The translations under genes were made by a program, and so were the position numbers. A stretch of 64,000 nt of DNA, taken from Burkholderiaceae bacterium (lineage in GTDB: Bacteria > Pseudomonadota > Gammaproteobacteria > Burkholderiales > Burkholderiaceae_E). Under the pieces are notes generated by a model, which was not told where the DNA came from, did not search any database, and saw only the letters and a list, made by a program, of their open reading frames with translations. The stretch is taken from assembly GCA_041396685.1 (NCBI GenBank), contig JAWKYD010000024.1, forward strand, positions 10,308 to 74,307, written 5' to 3'. This document shows positions 1-10,354 of this stretch, piece after piece (position 1 is the stretch's first letter; every line of letters starts with the position of its first letter).

Positions 1-297
1 GGCGATGCGCTGGCCAGCGCCGAGCGCATCCGCGCAGCGATCGAGGCCGAGATGCCCGAACTCGACGGTACCCGCGTGCGAATGACCGCCAGCCTCGGCG
101 TGTGCTGCCGCGTACCGGCCGGGTCCGACGCGGGACCGTCGATGCTCGCGGCCGCGGACGCGGCCCTCTACCAGGCCAAACACGGCGGACGCAATCGGGT
201 GTGCGATGCGGCGTCCCCGTCGGCGGCCGCGACCGCAGCGACACCATCGCCCCCCGACCCGAGCGGCGAGCGGCCGCCTCAGCCCATCGACGTGTAG
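1..297 (+). CDS. GGDEF-domain diguanylate cyclase, C-terminal fragment (5' end outside window)
   Basis: Frame 1 is open from base 1. It reads ...TASLGV...AAADAALYQAKHGGRNRV, the typical C-terminal end of GGDEF domains. Stop codon at 295-297. Confidence 0.7.
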   Translation, partial: GDALASAERIRAAIEAEMPELDGTRVRMTASLGVCCRVPAGSDAGPSMLAAADAALYQAKHGGRNRVCDAASPSAAATAATPSPPDPSGERPPQPIDV

Positions 298-1016
298 CCA
301 CCGTCGACCGGCATCATCGTCCCGGTCATGTAGCGCGCCGCATCGGAGCACAGGAACAGGATCGGATCGGCGATCTCGTCGGGCCCGGCCCAACGCTGCA
401 ATGCGATGCGCGAATTGATCTGGGCGGCACGCTCGGGGTTCTCGCGGGCACCGCGCGAGAGCTCGGTCATCACCCAACCGGGCGCCACGCCGTTGACCCG
501 CACGCCATCGGTCGCGTAGGCGCAGGCGAGCGACATGGTCAGATTGCGAATCGCGCCCTTGGCGCTCGAGTAAGCCGGCTGCGCCGGGCCGCCGAAAAAC
601 GACATCACCGAGCCGATCATCACGATCGCGCCACCGTTCCTGGCCAACAACGGGCGCGCGGCGGTGCTCACACGCATGCTGCCGCCGACGTGGACATCGA
701 TGACCTGATCGAACATGACCGGGTCGTGCTCCTGATTCCGGCGGATGATGCCGGCACTGTTGACCAGGAAATCGAGCCGTTCGAGTCCGCCGACCAAGGC
801 ATCGACCGCCACCTTGTCGCAGACGTCGAGCCGCTCGATGCGCGCCCTGCCCAGTTCGGCATCGGCGCGCGCCGCTGCGAGCTCGGACTCGGTCAGGCCG
901 CATGCGATCACCTGCGCGCCGGCCCTCAGGAAGGCGCGGGAAGTGGCCGCGCCGATACCCGATACGCCGCCGGTGACGAGCGCGACGCGCCCACTGAAGT
1001 CGAATGCCGTGTTCAC
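279..1016 (-). CDS. Short-chain dehydrogenase/reductase (SDR) family oxidoreductase
   Basis: Cofactor motif VALVTGGVSGIG, NSAG, and the catalytic Y-x3-K (YSSAKGA). I place the start at a GTG at 1016, preceded by GAGGAG 9 nt upstream. The ORF track extends to 1085. Confidence 0.85.
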   Translation of the reverse strand: MNTAFDFSGRVALVTGGVSGIGAATSRAFLRAGAQVIACGLTESELAAARADAELGRARIERLDVCDKVAVDALVGGLERLDFLVNSAGIIRRNQEHDPVMFDQVIDVHVGGSMRVSTAARPLLARNGGAIVMIGSVMSFFGGPAQPAYSSAKGAIRNLTMSLACAYATDGVRVNGVAPGWVMTELSRGARENPERAAQINSRIALQRWAGPDEIADPILFLCSDAARYMTGTMMPVDGGYTSMG

Positions 1017-1230
1017 CTTCGTTCTCTCCTCGATGTCCCGCTGCGGGACGCGACCCGACGCCGACCGGATCGACATCGTGACCACGAGGCACGCGCTGCG
1101 ACCGACCGGACCGTCGACTATGCGACGCCCGATCGATCTCGCGACCGAGACGGCGGGCTCGCCAGGGAGCTATTCTGCCGCGTCGGCCGCGAGCAGGCCC
1201 CGCGCCGGCCGCGGCGCCGGCCAGGCTGCG

Positions 1231-1722
1231 TCAGCCGCTCGCGCCAAAGCGCGAGCAGCTGCCGTGGTGGCGGATCCAGTAGGCGCGGTTGGCGAGGCGG
1301 TCCGGCACCCGGCGTTGGTCGAGGAAAGCACCGCCGAGTCGATAGGCGTCGCGCTCGGCGGCAGCTCGGCAGGGCAGCGAATCGATCACCGCGGTACGAA
1401 ACTGAACGTGATGGATCAGTTCGTGGAGCAGGCGCTCCTGGAAGTAGGGATTGGCGGCCTTATCGGCATACCGCGCGGCATTCGGCGCGAGATCGGCACG
1501 CAACACGTAGATGGTGCCCACCGGACCGGCATCGGGGTCATAGAAGCCGAGCACCCGACCCTCCAGACGCGATTCGTCGACGGCAATGGCGAGCGCGTCC
1601 CTGACCTGGCGGGCGATTTCACGCGGCGACATTTCGACGACCTTCGGGATCGGCACCTGTGCGACGCTCAGTGACGAGTTCATTCCGATCCAGACGAGCA
1701 ACGAGGCAATGAGTGTGTCCAT
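1231..1722 (-). CDS. Hypothetical secreted protein with an HExxH motif (putative small metallopeptidase-like protein)
   Basis: ATG at 1722 is preceded by GGAGGTG. N-terminal signal-like segment MDTLIASLLVWIGMNSSLSVAQ. Single HELIH motif (LLHELIHHVQ). I do not recognise a named family. Confidence 0.6.
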   Translation of the reverse strand: MDTLIASLLVWIGMNSSLSVAQVPIPKVVEMSPREIARQVRDALAIAVDESRLEGRVLGFYDPDAGPVGTIYVLRADLAPNAARYADKAANPYFQERLLHELIHHVQFRTAVIDSLPCRAAAERDAYRLGGAFLDQRRVPDRLANRAYWIRHHGSCSRFGASG

Positions 1723-1837
1723 GACACACCTCCACGTCCAAGCCTTCGATGCTCGAACGCTACCCCGCTGACCGCCGCTGCGCATCCTCAGGCTTGACGG
1801 CAATTCGCCTGCCAGCGCCGCAAAAGCTCCGCGCACC

Positions 1838-1869
1838 GGATGTTGCGCACAGCAGCGCGCGCAACATCC
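1838..1869 (-). terminator. Hairpin immediately downstream of alaS (weak intrinsic terminator candidate)
   Basis: Perfect 11-bp inverted repeat GGATGTTGCGC / GCGCAACATCC, starting 5 nt after the alaS stop. Only a short, interrupted U-run follows it. Confidence 0.4.
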
Positions 1870-1874
1870 GATGC

Positions 1875-4508
1875 TCAGAGACGCTCGCGAACCCAGTCGT
1901 CCACGGACGACAGCGCCCCCGCGAGCGCGGCGACGTCAGTACCGCCACCCTGCGCCATGTCCGGACGGCCACCACCGCGACCACCGATCTGGCCGGCAAC
2001 GTGGCCGACGAGATCGCCGGCCTTGACCCCGGCAACGGTCTTGGTGGTGACGCCGGCGACCAGGCTGATCTTGTCGTCCTGTACTCCGGCCAGCAGAACG
2101 ACCGCGCTACCGAGCTTGTCACGCAACTGGTCGACCGTTTCGCGCAGCGTCCTGGCATCGGCGCCGTCGAGACGCGCGGCCAGCACGCTGACCTCGCCGA
2201 TCTTGATCGCGCGCGCAGCCAGATCGCCGCCCTGGGCGCTGGCCATTTGAGACTTCAGCCGTGCCAACTCGCGCTCGAGCTGACGCGACTGGTCGAGCAG
2301 GCTTTCGACCCGGGCGGGCAGTTCGGACGGCGGCACGCGCAAGACCGCGGCCGTGCGATCGAGCAAGGCCTGCCGTTCGTTGACCACCGCCAGCGCGCCC
2401 TCGCCGGTCACCGCCTCGATGCGACGGATGCCGGCGGCGACACCGCCCTCCGAGACGATCTTGAACAGACCGATGTCGCCGGTGCGCGAGACGTGGGTGC
2501 CACCGCACAGCTCACACGAAGAGCCGATGTTCAACACTCGGACCTGGTCACCGTATTTCTCGCCGAACAAGGCCATCGCGCCTGCCGCGATCGCATCGTC
2601 GTAGCCCATCAGGCGCGCCTGAGTGGCGAGATTGGCGAGGATCTCGCGATTGACGATGGCCTCGACCTTCGCGATCTGCCCGGCGTCGACCGGCGCATTG
2701 TGGCTGAAGTCGAAGCGGGTGCGCTCGGCATCGACCAGCGAACCCTTCTGCTGCACGTGGGGCCCGAGCACTTCGCGCAAGGCCTTGTGCATCAGGTGCG
2801 TGGCCGAGTGGTTGCGCACGATGCGTTCCCGACGCGCGACGTCGACGCGCGCATCGAGCGTGTCGCCCTCGGCCAGCCCACCCTCCTGCAACACGCCGTG
2901 ATGACCGAACACCGCGGCCTGGATCTTCTGTGTGTCCTCGACACGAAACAGCGAACCACCGGCCACCAGGACACCGGAATCACCCACCTGACCACCGGAT
3001 TCCGCATAGAACGGCGTATGGTCGAGCACCACCACACCGGCCTCGCCCGCGACCAGCCGCGGAACGCGAATGCCGTCACGGTAGAGGGCCGTGACCAGGC
3101 CCGCGTGCGTCATCGCGTCGTAGCCATGGAAGGTCGTACCCGCTCCGTCGTATTCGAGCGCCTGCCCCATGCGGAACTTGGCCGCGGCGCGTGCCTGCTC
3201 GCGTTGCCGGGCCATGGCCGCATCGAAGCCGGCTTCGTCGACCGCGAGACCGTTCTCGCGGCAGACGTCGGCGGTCAGATCGAGCGGAAAGCCATAGGTG
3301 TCGTGCAGCTTGAACGCCGTGGCACCGTCGAGCACCGCGCCTGCCTGACCGCGCAGCGGCGCCAGCGCGGCGTCGAGAATCTCCATGCCGTGAGCGATGG
3401 TCTCGAAAAAGCGCGTCTCTTCCTGGCGCAGCACGTCGGTGATGCGCGCCTCCTGGTGGCGCAGTTCCGGATAGGCATCGCCCATCTGCCCGGCCAGCGC
3501 GGCCACCAGCGTGTGAAAGAACGGCGCGCGGGCGCCGAGCTTGTAGCCATGGCGGATCGCGCGCCGCGTGATGCGGCGCAGGACGTAGCCGCGACCTTCG
3601 TTGCCCGGGATCACGCCGTCGGCGATCGTGAACGAACAGGCGCGGATGTGGTCCGCCAGCACCTTCAGCGACGGGCTGCCGGGATCCGCCTGCCCACCGG
3701 CCGACTCGACCGCCCGCCGGGCGGCGCCCAGCAAGGCCACGAACAGGTCGATCTCGTAGTTCGAGTGCACGCCTTGCAGGACCGCCGCGATGCGCTCCAG
3801 GCCCATGCCGGTATCGACACTGGGCTTGGGCAGCGGATGCATGGTGCCCGCCTCGTCGCGGTTGAACTGCATGAACACGAGATTCCAGATCTCGATGTAG
3901 CGGTCGCCGTCCTCGTCGGGGCTGCCGGGCGGGCCGCCGGCGATGTCCGGGCCGTGATCGAAGAAGATCTCGCTGCACGGACCGCAGGGGCCGGTGTCGC
4001 CCATCATCCAGAAATTGTCCGAGGCGTAACGCGCGCCCTTGTTGTCGCCGATGCGCACGATGCGCGCGGCCGGCACGCCGATCTCGCGCGACCAGATGTC
4101 GTAGGCTTCGTCGTCCTCGGCGTAGACGGTGATCCAGAGCTTGTCCGCGGGCAGGCCGAAACCCTGCGTCAGCAGTTCCCAGGCAAAATGGATCGCATCG
4201 CGCTTGAAGTAGTCGCCGAAGCTGAAATTGCCCAGCATCTCGAAGAACGTGTGGTGCCGGGCCGTGTAGCCGACGTTCTCGAGATCGTTGTGCTTGCCGC
4301 CGGCGCGGATGCATTTCTGCGAGGTGACCGCACGGCTGTAGGGCCGTTTGTCGAATCCGAGGAACACGTCCTTGAACTGGTTCATGCCCGCATTCGTGAA
4401 CAGCAGCGTCGGGTCGTCGCCGGGCACGACCGGGCTCGAGGCCACGATCGTGTGCCCCTTGGACTCGAAATAGTTCAGGAAGGTATTGCGGATGTCGGCA
4501 GATTTCAT
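1875..4508 (-). CDS. alaS: Alanine--tRNA ligase
   Basis: [22 protein letters not shown]...[11 protein letters not shown] is the canonical AlaRS N-terminus. The editing-domain HxxxH/CxxxH region and the C-terminal DHHA1-like tail are present. About 877 aa from the ATG at 4508. Confidence 0.97.
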   Translation of the reverse strand: MKSADIRNTFLNYFESKGHTIVASSPVVPGDDPTLLFTNAGMNQFKDVFLGFDKRPYSRAVTSQKCIRAGGKHNDLENVGYTARHHTFFEMLGNFSFGDYFKRDAIHFAWELLTQGFGLPADKLWITVYAEDDEAYDIWSREIGVPAARIVRIGDNKGARYASDNFWMMGDTGPCGPCSEIFFDHGPDIAGGPPGSPDEDGDRYIEIWNLVFMQFNRDEAGTMHPLPKPSVDTGMGLERIAAVLQGVHSNYEIDLFVALLGAARRAVESAGGQADPGSPSLKVLADHIRACSFTIADGVIPGNEGRGYVLRRITRRAIRHGYKLGARAPFFHTLVAALAGQMGDAYPELRHQEARITDVLRQEETRFFETIAHGMEILDAALAPLRGQAGAVLDGATAFKLHDTYGFPLDLTADVCRENGLAVDEAGFDAAMARQREQARAAAKFRMGQALEYDGAGTTFHGYDAMTHAGLVTALYRDGIRVPRLVAGEAGVVVLDHTPFYAESGGQVGDSGVLVAGGSLFRVEDTQKIQAAVFGHHGVLQEGGLAEGDTLDARVDVARRERIVRNHSATHLMHKALREVLGPHVQQKGSLVDAERTRFDFSHNAPVDAGQIAKVEAIVNREILANLATQARLMGYDDAIAAGAMALFGEKYGDQVRVLNIGSSCELCGGTHVSRTGDIGLFKIVSEGGVAAGIRRIEAVTGEGALAVVNERQALLDRTAAVLRVPPSELPARVESLLDQSRQLERELARLKSQMASAQGGDLAARAIKIGEVSVLAARLDGADARTLRETVDQLRDKLGSAVVLLAGVQDDKISLVAGVTTKTVAGVKAGDLVGHVAGQIGGRGGGRPDMAQGGGTDVAALAGALSSVDDWVRERL

Positions 4509-4775
4509 CGCGGGCACGCGGTGTTGGATCGGGATCGACCCGGAGCGCGGCGAGCGGCCGCACCGGCCCGTGCGGGCGCGGGATCGGCACTCGTTCGGGA
4601 CTCCTGGGCGCAACCCTCGAAAATACACCAGAACCTTCGGTCCTCGCAGGACCGACGCCACGAAACGGTACACTTCGCGGGCCATTCAACGGAACGCAGC
4701 GTCGGCGCGCCCAGATGCCGGCGATTGCCGGTCGCCCGCCCGGCCCGGTGTCCGGTCCAAACCGCAGGAGAACCC

Positions 4776-6017
4776 ATGGCCGCCCCACTGGACGGAATCC
4801 GAGTCATCGACATGAGCCGGGTGCTCGCCGGCCCGAGTTGCGGCCAGACACTGGCCGATCTCGGTGCCGAGGTCATCAAGATCGAGCGTCCGGGGCTCGG
4901 TGACGACACCCGCGGCTGGGGCCCGCCCTTTCTCGCCGACCGCGACGGGCACGAAACCACCGACGCCGCCTACTACCTGGCTGCCAATCGGGGCAAACGC
5001 TCGGTCCTGGCCGACATCGCCAGCCCCGCGGGGCAGGCGATGATCAAAACCCTGGCTGCCGACGCCGACGTGCTGATCGAGAACTTCAAGGTCGGCCAGC
5101 TGGCCCGCTACGGCCTCGACTACGACAGCCTGCGTACGATCAATCCGCGTCTCGTCTACTGCTCGATCACGGGCTTCGGCCAGACCGGGCCGCTCGCCCA
5201 CCGCGCCGGCTACGACTTCGTGATCCAGGGCATGTCGGGCTTCATGTCGATCACCGGTGAGGCCGACGACCAGCCGGGCGGCGGCCCGCAGAAGGCCGGT
5301 GTGGCCATCTCCGACCTGATGACCGGCATGGTCTCGGCGCAGGCGATTCTCGCTGCGCTGCTGCATCGTGAGCGTGGCGGCACCGGCCAGTACATCGACA
5401 TGGCCTTGCTCGACGTCATGGTCACGTCGCTGGCCAACATGAACACCAACTTCCTGGTCAGCGGCACGCCACCGCACCGGTGGGGCAATGCCCATCCGAA
5501 CGTGGTGCCCTACCAGACCTTCAAGGCATCCGACGGCTGGATCATCGTCGCGGCTGGCAACGACGGCCAGTTTCGCAAGCTGTGCGTGGCCGGCGGCTGC
5601 CCACAGATCGCCGACGATGCGCGCTATGCCAGCAATGCGCTGCGCATCCGCAACCGGGCGACGCTGATCCCCGCCCTCGCCGACATGATCGAGCGCAAGA
5701 GCCAGGCCGACTGGATCGCGGAACTCGAGCGGGTCGGGGTGCCCTGCGGCCCGATCAACGACCTGGACCAGGTGTTCGCGATGCCGCAGATCCAGGCCCG
5801 CGGCCTGCGCGTGGACATCGAGCGCGACGATGCCGGCCCGGTGCCCCTGGTTGGCAGCCCGATCAAGTTCTCGGCCACGCCGGTACGCTATTCGTTGCCG
5901 CCGCCCCGTCTCGGTCAGCACACCGAGCAGGTCCTGCGCGAAGTGCTGAACTACGACGACCGGCAGGTCGCCGACTACATGAAGACCGTCGATGGCGACG
6001 GCAAGGGGGCCCTTTGA
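4776..6017 (+). CDS. CaiB/BaiF family (class III) CoA-transferase
   Basis: The N-terminus LDGIRVIDMSRVLAGPSCGQTLADLGAEVIKIE is the family III CoA-transferase signature. AGGAG lies 5 nt before the ATG at 4776. Only this terminal part of the 1422-aa track ORF is credible. Confidence 0.9.
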   Translation: MAAPLDGIRVIDMSRVLAGPSCGQTLADLGAEVIKIERPGLGDDTRGWGPPFLADRDGHETTDAAYYLAANRGKRSVLADIASPAGQAMIKTLAADADVLIENFKVGQLARYGLDYDSLRTINPRLVYCSITGFGQTGPLAHRAGYDFVIQGMSGFMSITGEADDQPGGGPQKAGVAISDLMTGMVSAQAILAALLHRERGGTGQYIDMALLDVMVTSLANMNTNFLVSGTPPHRWGNAHPNVVPYQTFKASDGWIIVAAGNDGQFRKLCVAGGCPQIADDARYASNALRIRNRATLIPALADMIERKSQADWIAELERVGVPCGPINDLDQVFAMPQIQARGLRVDIERDDAGPVPLVGSPIKFSATPVRYSLPPPRLGQHTEQVLREVLNYDDRQVADYMKTVDGDGKGAL

Positions 6018-6745
6018 GCATTTTCGATCCCGCGTCCGTCAAGGTGCTGGCCTTCGATGTCTTCGGCACCGTGGTCGACTGGCACGGCAGTATCGCCGCC
6101 GAGGTCGATGCGCTCGATCTCGGTGTCCCGGGCGCCGCCTTCGCGCAGGCCTGGCGCGACCGCTATCAACCGTCGATGCACAAGGTGCGCTCGGGCGAGT
6201 TGCCGTGGACCAGGATCGACGACCTGCACCGCATGAACCTCGACGAGGTCATCGAGGCCACCGGCGTGGTGCTCGACGAAGCCGGCCGGCGCGCATTGAA
6301 CCTGGTCTGGCATCGCCTCGATCCGTGGCCCGACTCTGCCACGGGCCTGCGCCGGCTGCGCCAGCGCTATCGGCTCGCCACCATGTCCAACGGCAACCTC
6401 GGTCTGCTCGCGGACCTGTCGCGCCACGGCGATCTGCGCTGGGACCTGATCCTGTCGGCCGAGGTGTTTCGCCACTACAAGCCCGACCCGGAAACCTACC
6501 TGGGCGTCTGCGAGGTGTTCGACATCGCGCCGTCCGAGATGCTGATGGTCGCGGCGCACAAGGACGATCTCCGTGCCGCCGCCCGCTGCGGCTGCCGCAC
6601 GGCATTCATCGAGCGACCGACCGAATTCGGCGCGGGCGTGCCGGTCGACGTCTCGAAATCAGCCGATCTCGACGTGCACGCGCGCGATCTCGAACACCTG
6701 GCCGAACTCCTCGGCTGCCCGCCTTGCCCCCAACCGGAGTCCTGA
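6014..6745 (+). CDS. Haloacid dehalogenase type II / HAD-superfamily hydrolase
   Basis: HAD motif I (AFDVFGTVVDW), a downstream S/T-N-G motif, and K...D motifs. A TTG start at 6014 overlaps the upstream stop (TTGA), suggesting translational coupling. Confidence 0.8.
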   Translation: MSIFDPASVKVLAFDVFGTVVDWHGSIAAEVDALDLGVPGAAFAQAWRDRYQPSMHKVRSGELPWTRIDDLHRMNLDEVIEATGVVLDEAGRRALNLVWHRLDPWPDSATGLRRLRQRYRLATMSNGNLGLLADLSRHGDLRWDLILSAEVFRHYKPDPETYLGVCEVFDIAPSEMLMVAAHKDDLRAAARCGCRTAFIERPTEFGAGVPVDVSKSADLDVHARDLEHLAELLGCPPCPQPES

Positions 6746-6746
6746 C

Positions 6747-8384
6747 ATGACCCACATTCCGTCACCGGGGTGGCACGCGCCCTTTGGCTGGCAAGCCCCC
6801 TACCTGACGCCGCGCACGCCGGTGTTCGGTCGCAACGTGGTCGCCACCTCCCAGCCGCTGGCGGCACAGGCAGGTCTGCATATCCTGCGCAGCGGCGGCA
6901 ATGCGGTGGATGCCGCCGTCGCCGCGGCCGCCGCGATCACGCTGACCGAGCCGGTCTCCAACGGGCTGGGCAGCGACTGCTTCGCGATCCTCTGGGACGG
7001 CCAGGCACTGCACGGCCTGAACAGCTCCGGCGTGGCGCCAGCCGCCTGGACACCCGGGTATTTCGCCTCCCGGCACGGCGAACGCATCCCGCTGCGCGGC
7101 GTGGATACCATCACGATTCCGGGCGCGATCGCCGGCTGGCATGCGCTGCACGAGCGCTTCGGGCGCTGCAGCTTCGCCGATTGCCTGGCACCGGCGATCG
7201 AGCTCGCCGAACGCGGCTTCGCGGTCGCGCCGATGGTGCGGCAGAAGTGGGCCGCACAGGTTGGCGAGTTGTCGAAGCAACCCGGCTTCGCCGAGGTCTT
7301 CATGCCGCACGGGCGGGCGCCGGAGATCGGCGAGCGCGTGCGCATGCCCGGCGCGGCCGTCACCCTGCGCGGCCTGGCCGAGCGCGGTGCCCGTGACTTC
7401 TACGAGGGTGAGATCGCCGAGCGACTGGTGGCCTGGCTGCGTGCGAACGGCGCGGCCCATACGGTGGCCGACTTCGCCGCCTACCGGCCCGACTGGGTCG
7501 GCACGATCTCGCGCCGCTACCGCGGCTACGAGGTCCACGAAATCCCGCCCAACGGCCAGGGCATTGCGGCCCTGATGGCGCTGGGCATGCTCGAGCACTT
7601 CGATCTCGCCGCGCTGGCGCCGGACGCCGTGGCCTGCCAACACCTGCAGATCGAAGCGATGAAGGCGGCATTCGCCGACGTCTACCGCTACGTCGCCGAT
7701 CCGCGCGCCATGACCGACGTCACGGCCGCCGATCTGCTCGATGACGCCTATCTGGCCTCGCGCGCGCGTCTGATCGATCCCGCCCGTGCGACCGATTTCG
7801 GCCCGGGGCGCCCACCCGCCGGCGGCACCATCTACATGTCCGCCGCCGACGACAGTGGCATGATGATCAGCTTCATCCAGAGCAACTACATGGGTTTCGG
7901 CTCCGGCGTGGTCATGCCCGAGCTCGGCATCTCGCTGCAAAACCGCGGCCAGGGTTTCAGCCTCGACCCCGCCTCGGTCAATCTCGTCGCCCCGGGCAAG
8001 CGCCCCTTCCACACGATCATCCCCGGCTTCCTGATGCGCGACGGCCAGCCCCAGATGAGTTTCGGTGTGATGGGCGGCAACATGCAGCCCCAGGGCCACG
8101 TCCAGACCCTGGTGCGCATGATCGATCACGGCCAGAATCCGCAGGCCGCCTGCGACGCACCGCGCTGGAAGGTCAATCGGGGCCTGTCGGTCGACCTCGA
8201 AGACGCGGTCGCCGGGCCGCTCAAGCAGGCGCTGGTGGGTATGGGCCATCAGATCGAGCCGATCGTCGACAGTTACATGGACTTCGGCTCGGGTCAGTTC
8301 ATCTGGCGCCTGTCCGACGACCGGGACGATGGCTACGTGGCCGCCAGCGACTCGCGCCGTGACGGCCACGCGGCCGTGTTCTGA
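6747..8384 (+). CDS. ggt: Gamma-glutamyltransferase family protein (no obvious signal peptide)
   Basis: The NVVATSQPLAAQAGLHILRSGGNAVDAAVA N-terminal block and a GGT(I)Y nucleophile region are typical of the GGT / Ntn-hydrolase family. GGAG precedes the ATG at 6747, 1 nt after the HAD stop. Confidence 0.88.
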   Translation: MTHIPSPGWHAPFGWQAPYLTPRTPVFGRNVVATSQPLAAQAGLHILRSGGNAVDAAVAAAAAITLTEPVSNGLGSDCFAILWDGQALHGLNSSGVAPAAWTPGYFASRHGERIPLRGVDTITIPGAIAGWHALHERFGRCSFADCLAPAIELAERGFAVAPMVRQKWAAQVGELSKQPGFAEVFMPHGRAPEIGERVRMPGAAVTLRGLAERGARDFYEGEIAERLVAWLRANGAAHTVADFAAYRPDWVGTISRRYRGYEVHEIPPNGQGIAALMALGMLEHFDLAALAPDAVACQHLQIEAMKAAFADVYRYVADPRAMTDVTAADLLDDAYLASRARLIDPARATDFGPGRPPAGGTIYMSAADDSGMMISFIQSNYMGFGSGVVMPELGISLQNRGQGFSLDPASVNLVAPGKRPFHTIIPGFLMRDGQPQMSFGVMGGNMQPQGHVQTLVRMIDHGQNPQAACDAPRWKVNRGLSVDLEDAVAGPLKQALVGMGHQIEPIVDSYMDFGSGQFIWRLSDDRDDGYVAASDSRRDGHAAVF

Positions 8385-8556
8385 CGATGAACCCTGTGTA
8401 GCCCCCGGCCGAACCGCGACACAGGTCGGGCACGACCGGACCCGATGGCGGGCGGCTGTTGCACAATGCCGCACACAGTCCGCGGCCGCGGGCGGTCCTT
8501 CGGCGGCGGCCCAAGGTGTTGCCGCACCGATCACCACAATCTCTCGGATCAGCACC

Positions 8557-9456
8557 ATGACTGACAAGACCTACGACCCCGTGCCGCCACACAAGGTGGC
8601 CTTCCTCGGCCTCGGCGTGATGGGCGGCCCGATGGCCGGCCATCTGCTGGCGGCCGGCCACGATGTCACCGTCTACAACCGCACGGCCGCCAAGGCGCAG
8701 GCCTGGGTGGACAAGAACGGCGGCGGACGCGCCGCCGCCACCCCGCGCGAGGCCGCCCAAGGCGCCGACATCGTGTTCGCCTGCGTCGGCAACGACAACG
8801 ACCTGCGCTCGGTCGTGCTGGGCGATGACGGTGCCTTTGCCGGCATGAAATCCGGCACGGTGTTCGTCGATCACACCACCGCCTCGGCCGCCGTGGCGCG
8901 CGAGCTGTTCGCGCTCGGCGGCGATCAGGGCATCGCATTCATCGACGCGCCGGTATCCGGTGGCGAGGCCGGCGCCGTCAACGGTGTGCTTACCGTCATG
9001 TGTGGCGGCGAGACCGCCGCCTTCGACCGCGTCAAGCCAGTGGCGGCCGCATTCGCGCGCGCATTCACGTTGATCGGCGAGCCGGGCAGCGGCCAGCTCG
9101 CGAAAATGGTCAACCAGATCTGCATCGCCGGTCTGTTGCAAGGCCTGTCCGAGGCGGTCAACTTCGGCCTGAGCGCCGGCCTCGACATGAAGCTCGTACT
9201 CGACGTGATCGGCAAAGGCGCCGCGCAGTCCTGGCAGATGGACAACCGCGGCAAGACCATGGTCGACGACAAGTTCGAGTTCGGTTTCGCGGTCGAATGG
9301 ATGCGCAAAGACCTGGGCCTGTGCCTGGACGAGGCCAATCGCAACGGTGCGCCGTTGCCGGCCACGGCGCTCATCGAGCAGTTCTACAAAGACGTTCAGC
9401 AGATGGGCGGCGCGCGCTGGGACACTTCCAGCCTGATACGCCGTCTGCGCCGCTGA
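8557..9456 (+). CDS. NAD(P)-dependent oxidoreductase, 3-hydroxyisobutyrate dehydrogenase / beta-hydroxyacid dehydrogenase family
   Basis: Rossmann motif VAFLGLGVMGGPMAGHL, a DAPVSGG block, and a conserved K in GSGQLAKMVNQ. Confidence 0.88.
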   Translation: MTDKTYDPVPPHKVAFLGLGVMGGPMAGHLLAAGHDVTVYNRTAAKAQAWVDKNGGGRAAATPREAAQGADIVFACVGNDNDLRSVVLGDDGAFAGMKSGTVFVDHTTASAAVARELFALGGDQGIAFIDAPVSGGEAGAVNGVLTVMCGGETAAFDRVKPVAAAFARAFTLIGEPGSGQLAKMVNQICIAGLLQGLSEAVNFGLSAGLDMKLVLDVIGKGAAQSWQMDNRGKTMVDDKFEFGFAVEWMRKDLGLCLDEANRNGAPLPATALIEQFYKDVQQMGGARWDTSSLIRRLRR

Positions 9457-9472
9457 CCAGGCGGCTCAGGAA

Positions 9473-10354
9473 ATGCGGCGGGCCCTCAGGATCCTGCTCG
9501 GTACCTTCGTTTTCATCGTCGCGGCCACACTGATCGGAAGCCAGATGGGACTACTCTCGGGAACTCGCCCCTCCGAACTGGGCGTCGTCGATGGTCGCTT
9601 GCGCTCCGTCGACGACAAACCGGAGAACTCGGTGTCCAGCCAGACCGAACGCCCGGCCAACCGGATCGAACCCCTGGCGACAGGGCCCGTCCCTGACGCC
9701 GCCTTCGAGACCTTGCTCGAGCTGGTTGCCGACACCCCGGGCGCCACGATCGTCACCCGCCGACCCGGCTACGCGCACGCCGAGTTCGAAACCCGCCTGC
9801 TGAAGTTCGTCGACGATGCCGAGTTCCTGCTCGATGCCGACGCGCACGTCATCCACGTGCGCTCTGCCTCGCGGCTCGGGCGCAAGGACTTCGGCGTCAA
9901 CCGCAAACGCATCGAGGATCTGCGCGGCCGGCTGACCGCCGCGCTTGCCGGTGCAGGCGGGAAATCCGATTCAACATCCGTCCACGGAGCAGACCCCATG
10001 AATTATCAAACGCAGCCCAGCGGCCTGCAGATCGCCGAACTGGAAGCCGGCAGCGGCGAGACGGCGCAGGCCGGCCGGCAGGTGGCCGTGCACTACACAG
10101 GCTGGCTCTACGAGAACCAGCAGGCCGGGGCGGAGTTCGATTCGAGCCTGCGTCGCGGCGAGCCGATCATGTTCCCGCTCGGTGCCGGCCACGTGATCGC
10201 CGGTTGGGACGAAGGCATCGCGGGCATGAAGGTCGGCGGCAAGCGGCGACTGCTGATTCCACCCCAACTCGGCTATGGCGCGCGCGGCGCCGGTGGCGTG
10301 ATCCCGCCCAACGCGACCCTGCTGTTCGAAGTGCAATTGATGGAAGTGCGGTGA
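9473..10354 (+). CDS. DUF1499-like domain fused in frame to an FKBP-type peptidyl-prolyl cis-trans isomerase
   Basis: The N-terminal half has a TM/signal segment plus FVDDAEF...VRSASRLGRKDFGVNRKRIE (DUF1499-like). The C-terminal 118 aa read VAVHYTGWL...FDSS...GHVIAGWDEG...PPNATLLFEVQL (FKBP). No stop lies between the halves. An internal ATG at 9998 has GGAG upstream. Confidence 0.75.
   Translation: MRRALRILLGTFVFIVAATLIGSQMGLLSGTRPSELGVVDGRLRSVDDKPENSVSSQTERPANRIEPLATGPVPDAAFETLLELVADTPGATIVTRRPGYAHAEFETRLLKFVDDAEFLLDADAHVIHVRSASRLGRKDFGVNRKRIEDLRGRLTAALAGAGGKSDSTSVHGADPMNYQTQPSGLQIAELEAGSGETAQAGRQVAVHYTGWLYENQQAGAEFDSSLRRGEPIMFPLGAGHVIAGWDEGIAGMKVGGKRRLLIPPQLGYGARGAGGVIPPNATLLFEVQLMEVR

Noticed and set aside
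1749-6017. A 1422-aa plus-strand ORF, the longest in the track.
   Set aside because: Only its last 414 codons (4776-6017) show a recognisable family (CoA-transferase III) and have an RBS. The rest runs antisense to alaS, has Arg/Ala/Gly-rich low-information composition, and is a stop-codon-poor artefact of high GC.
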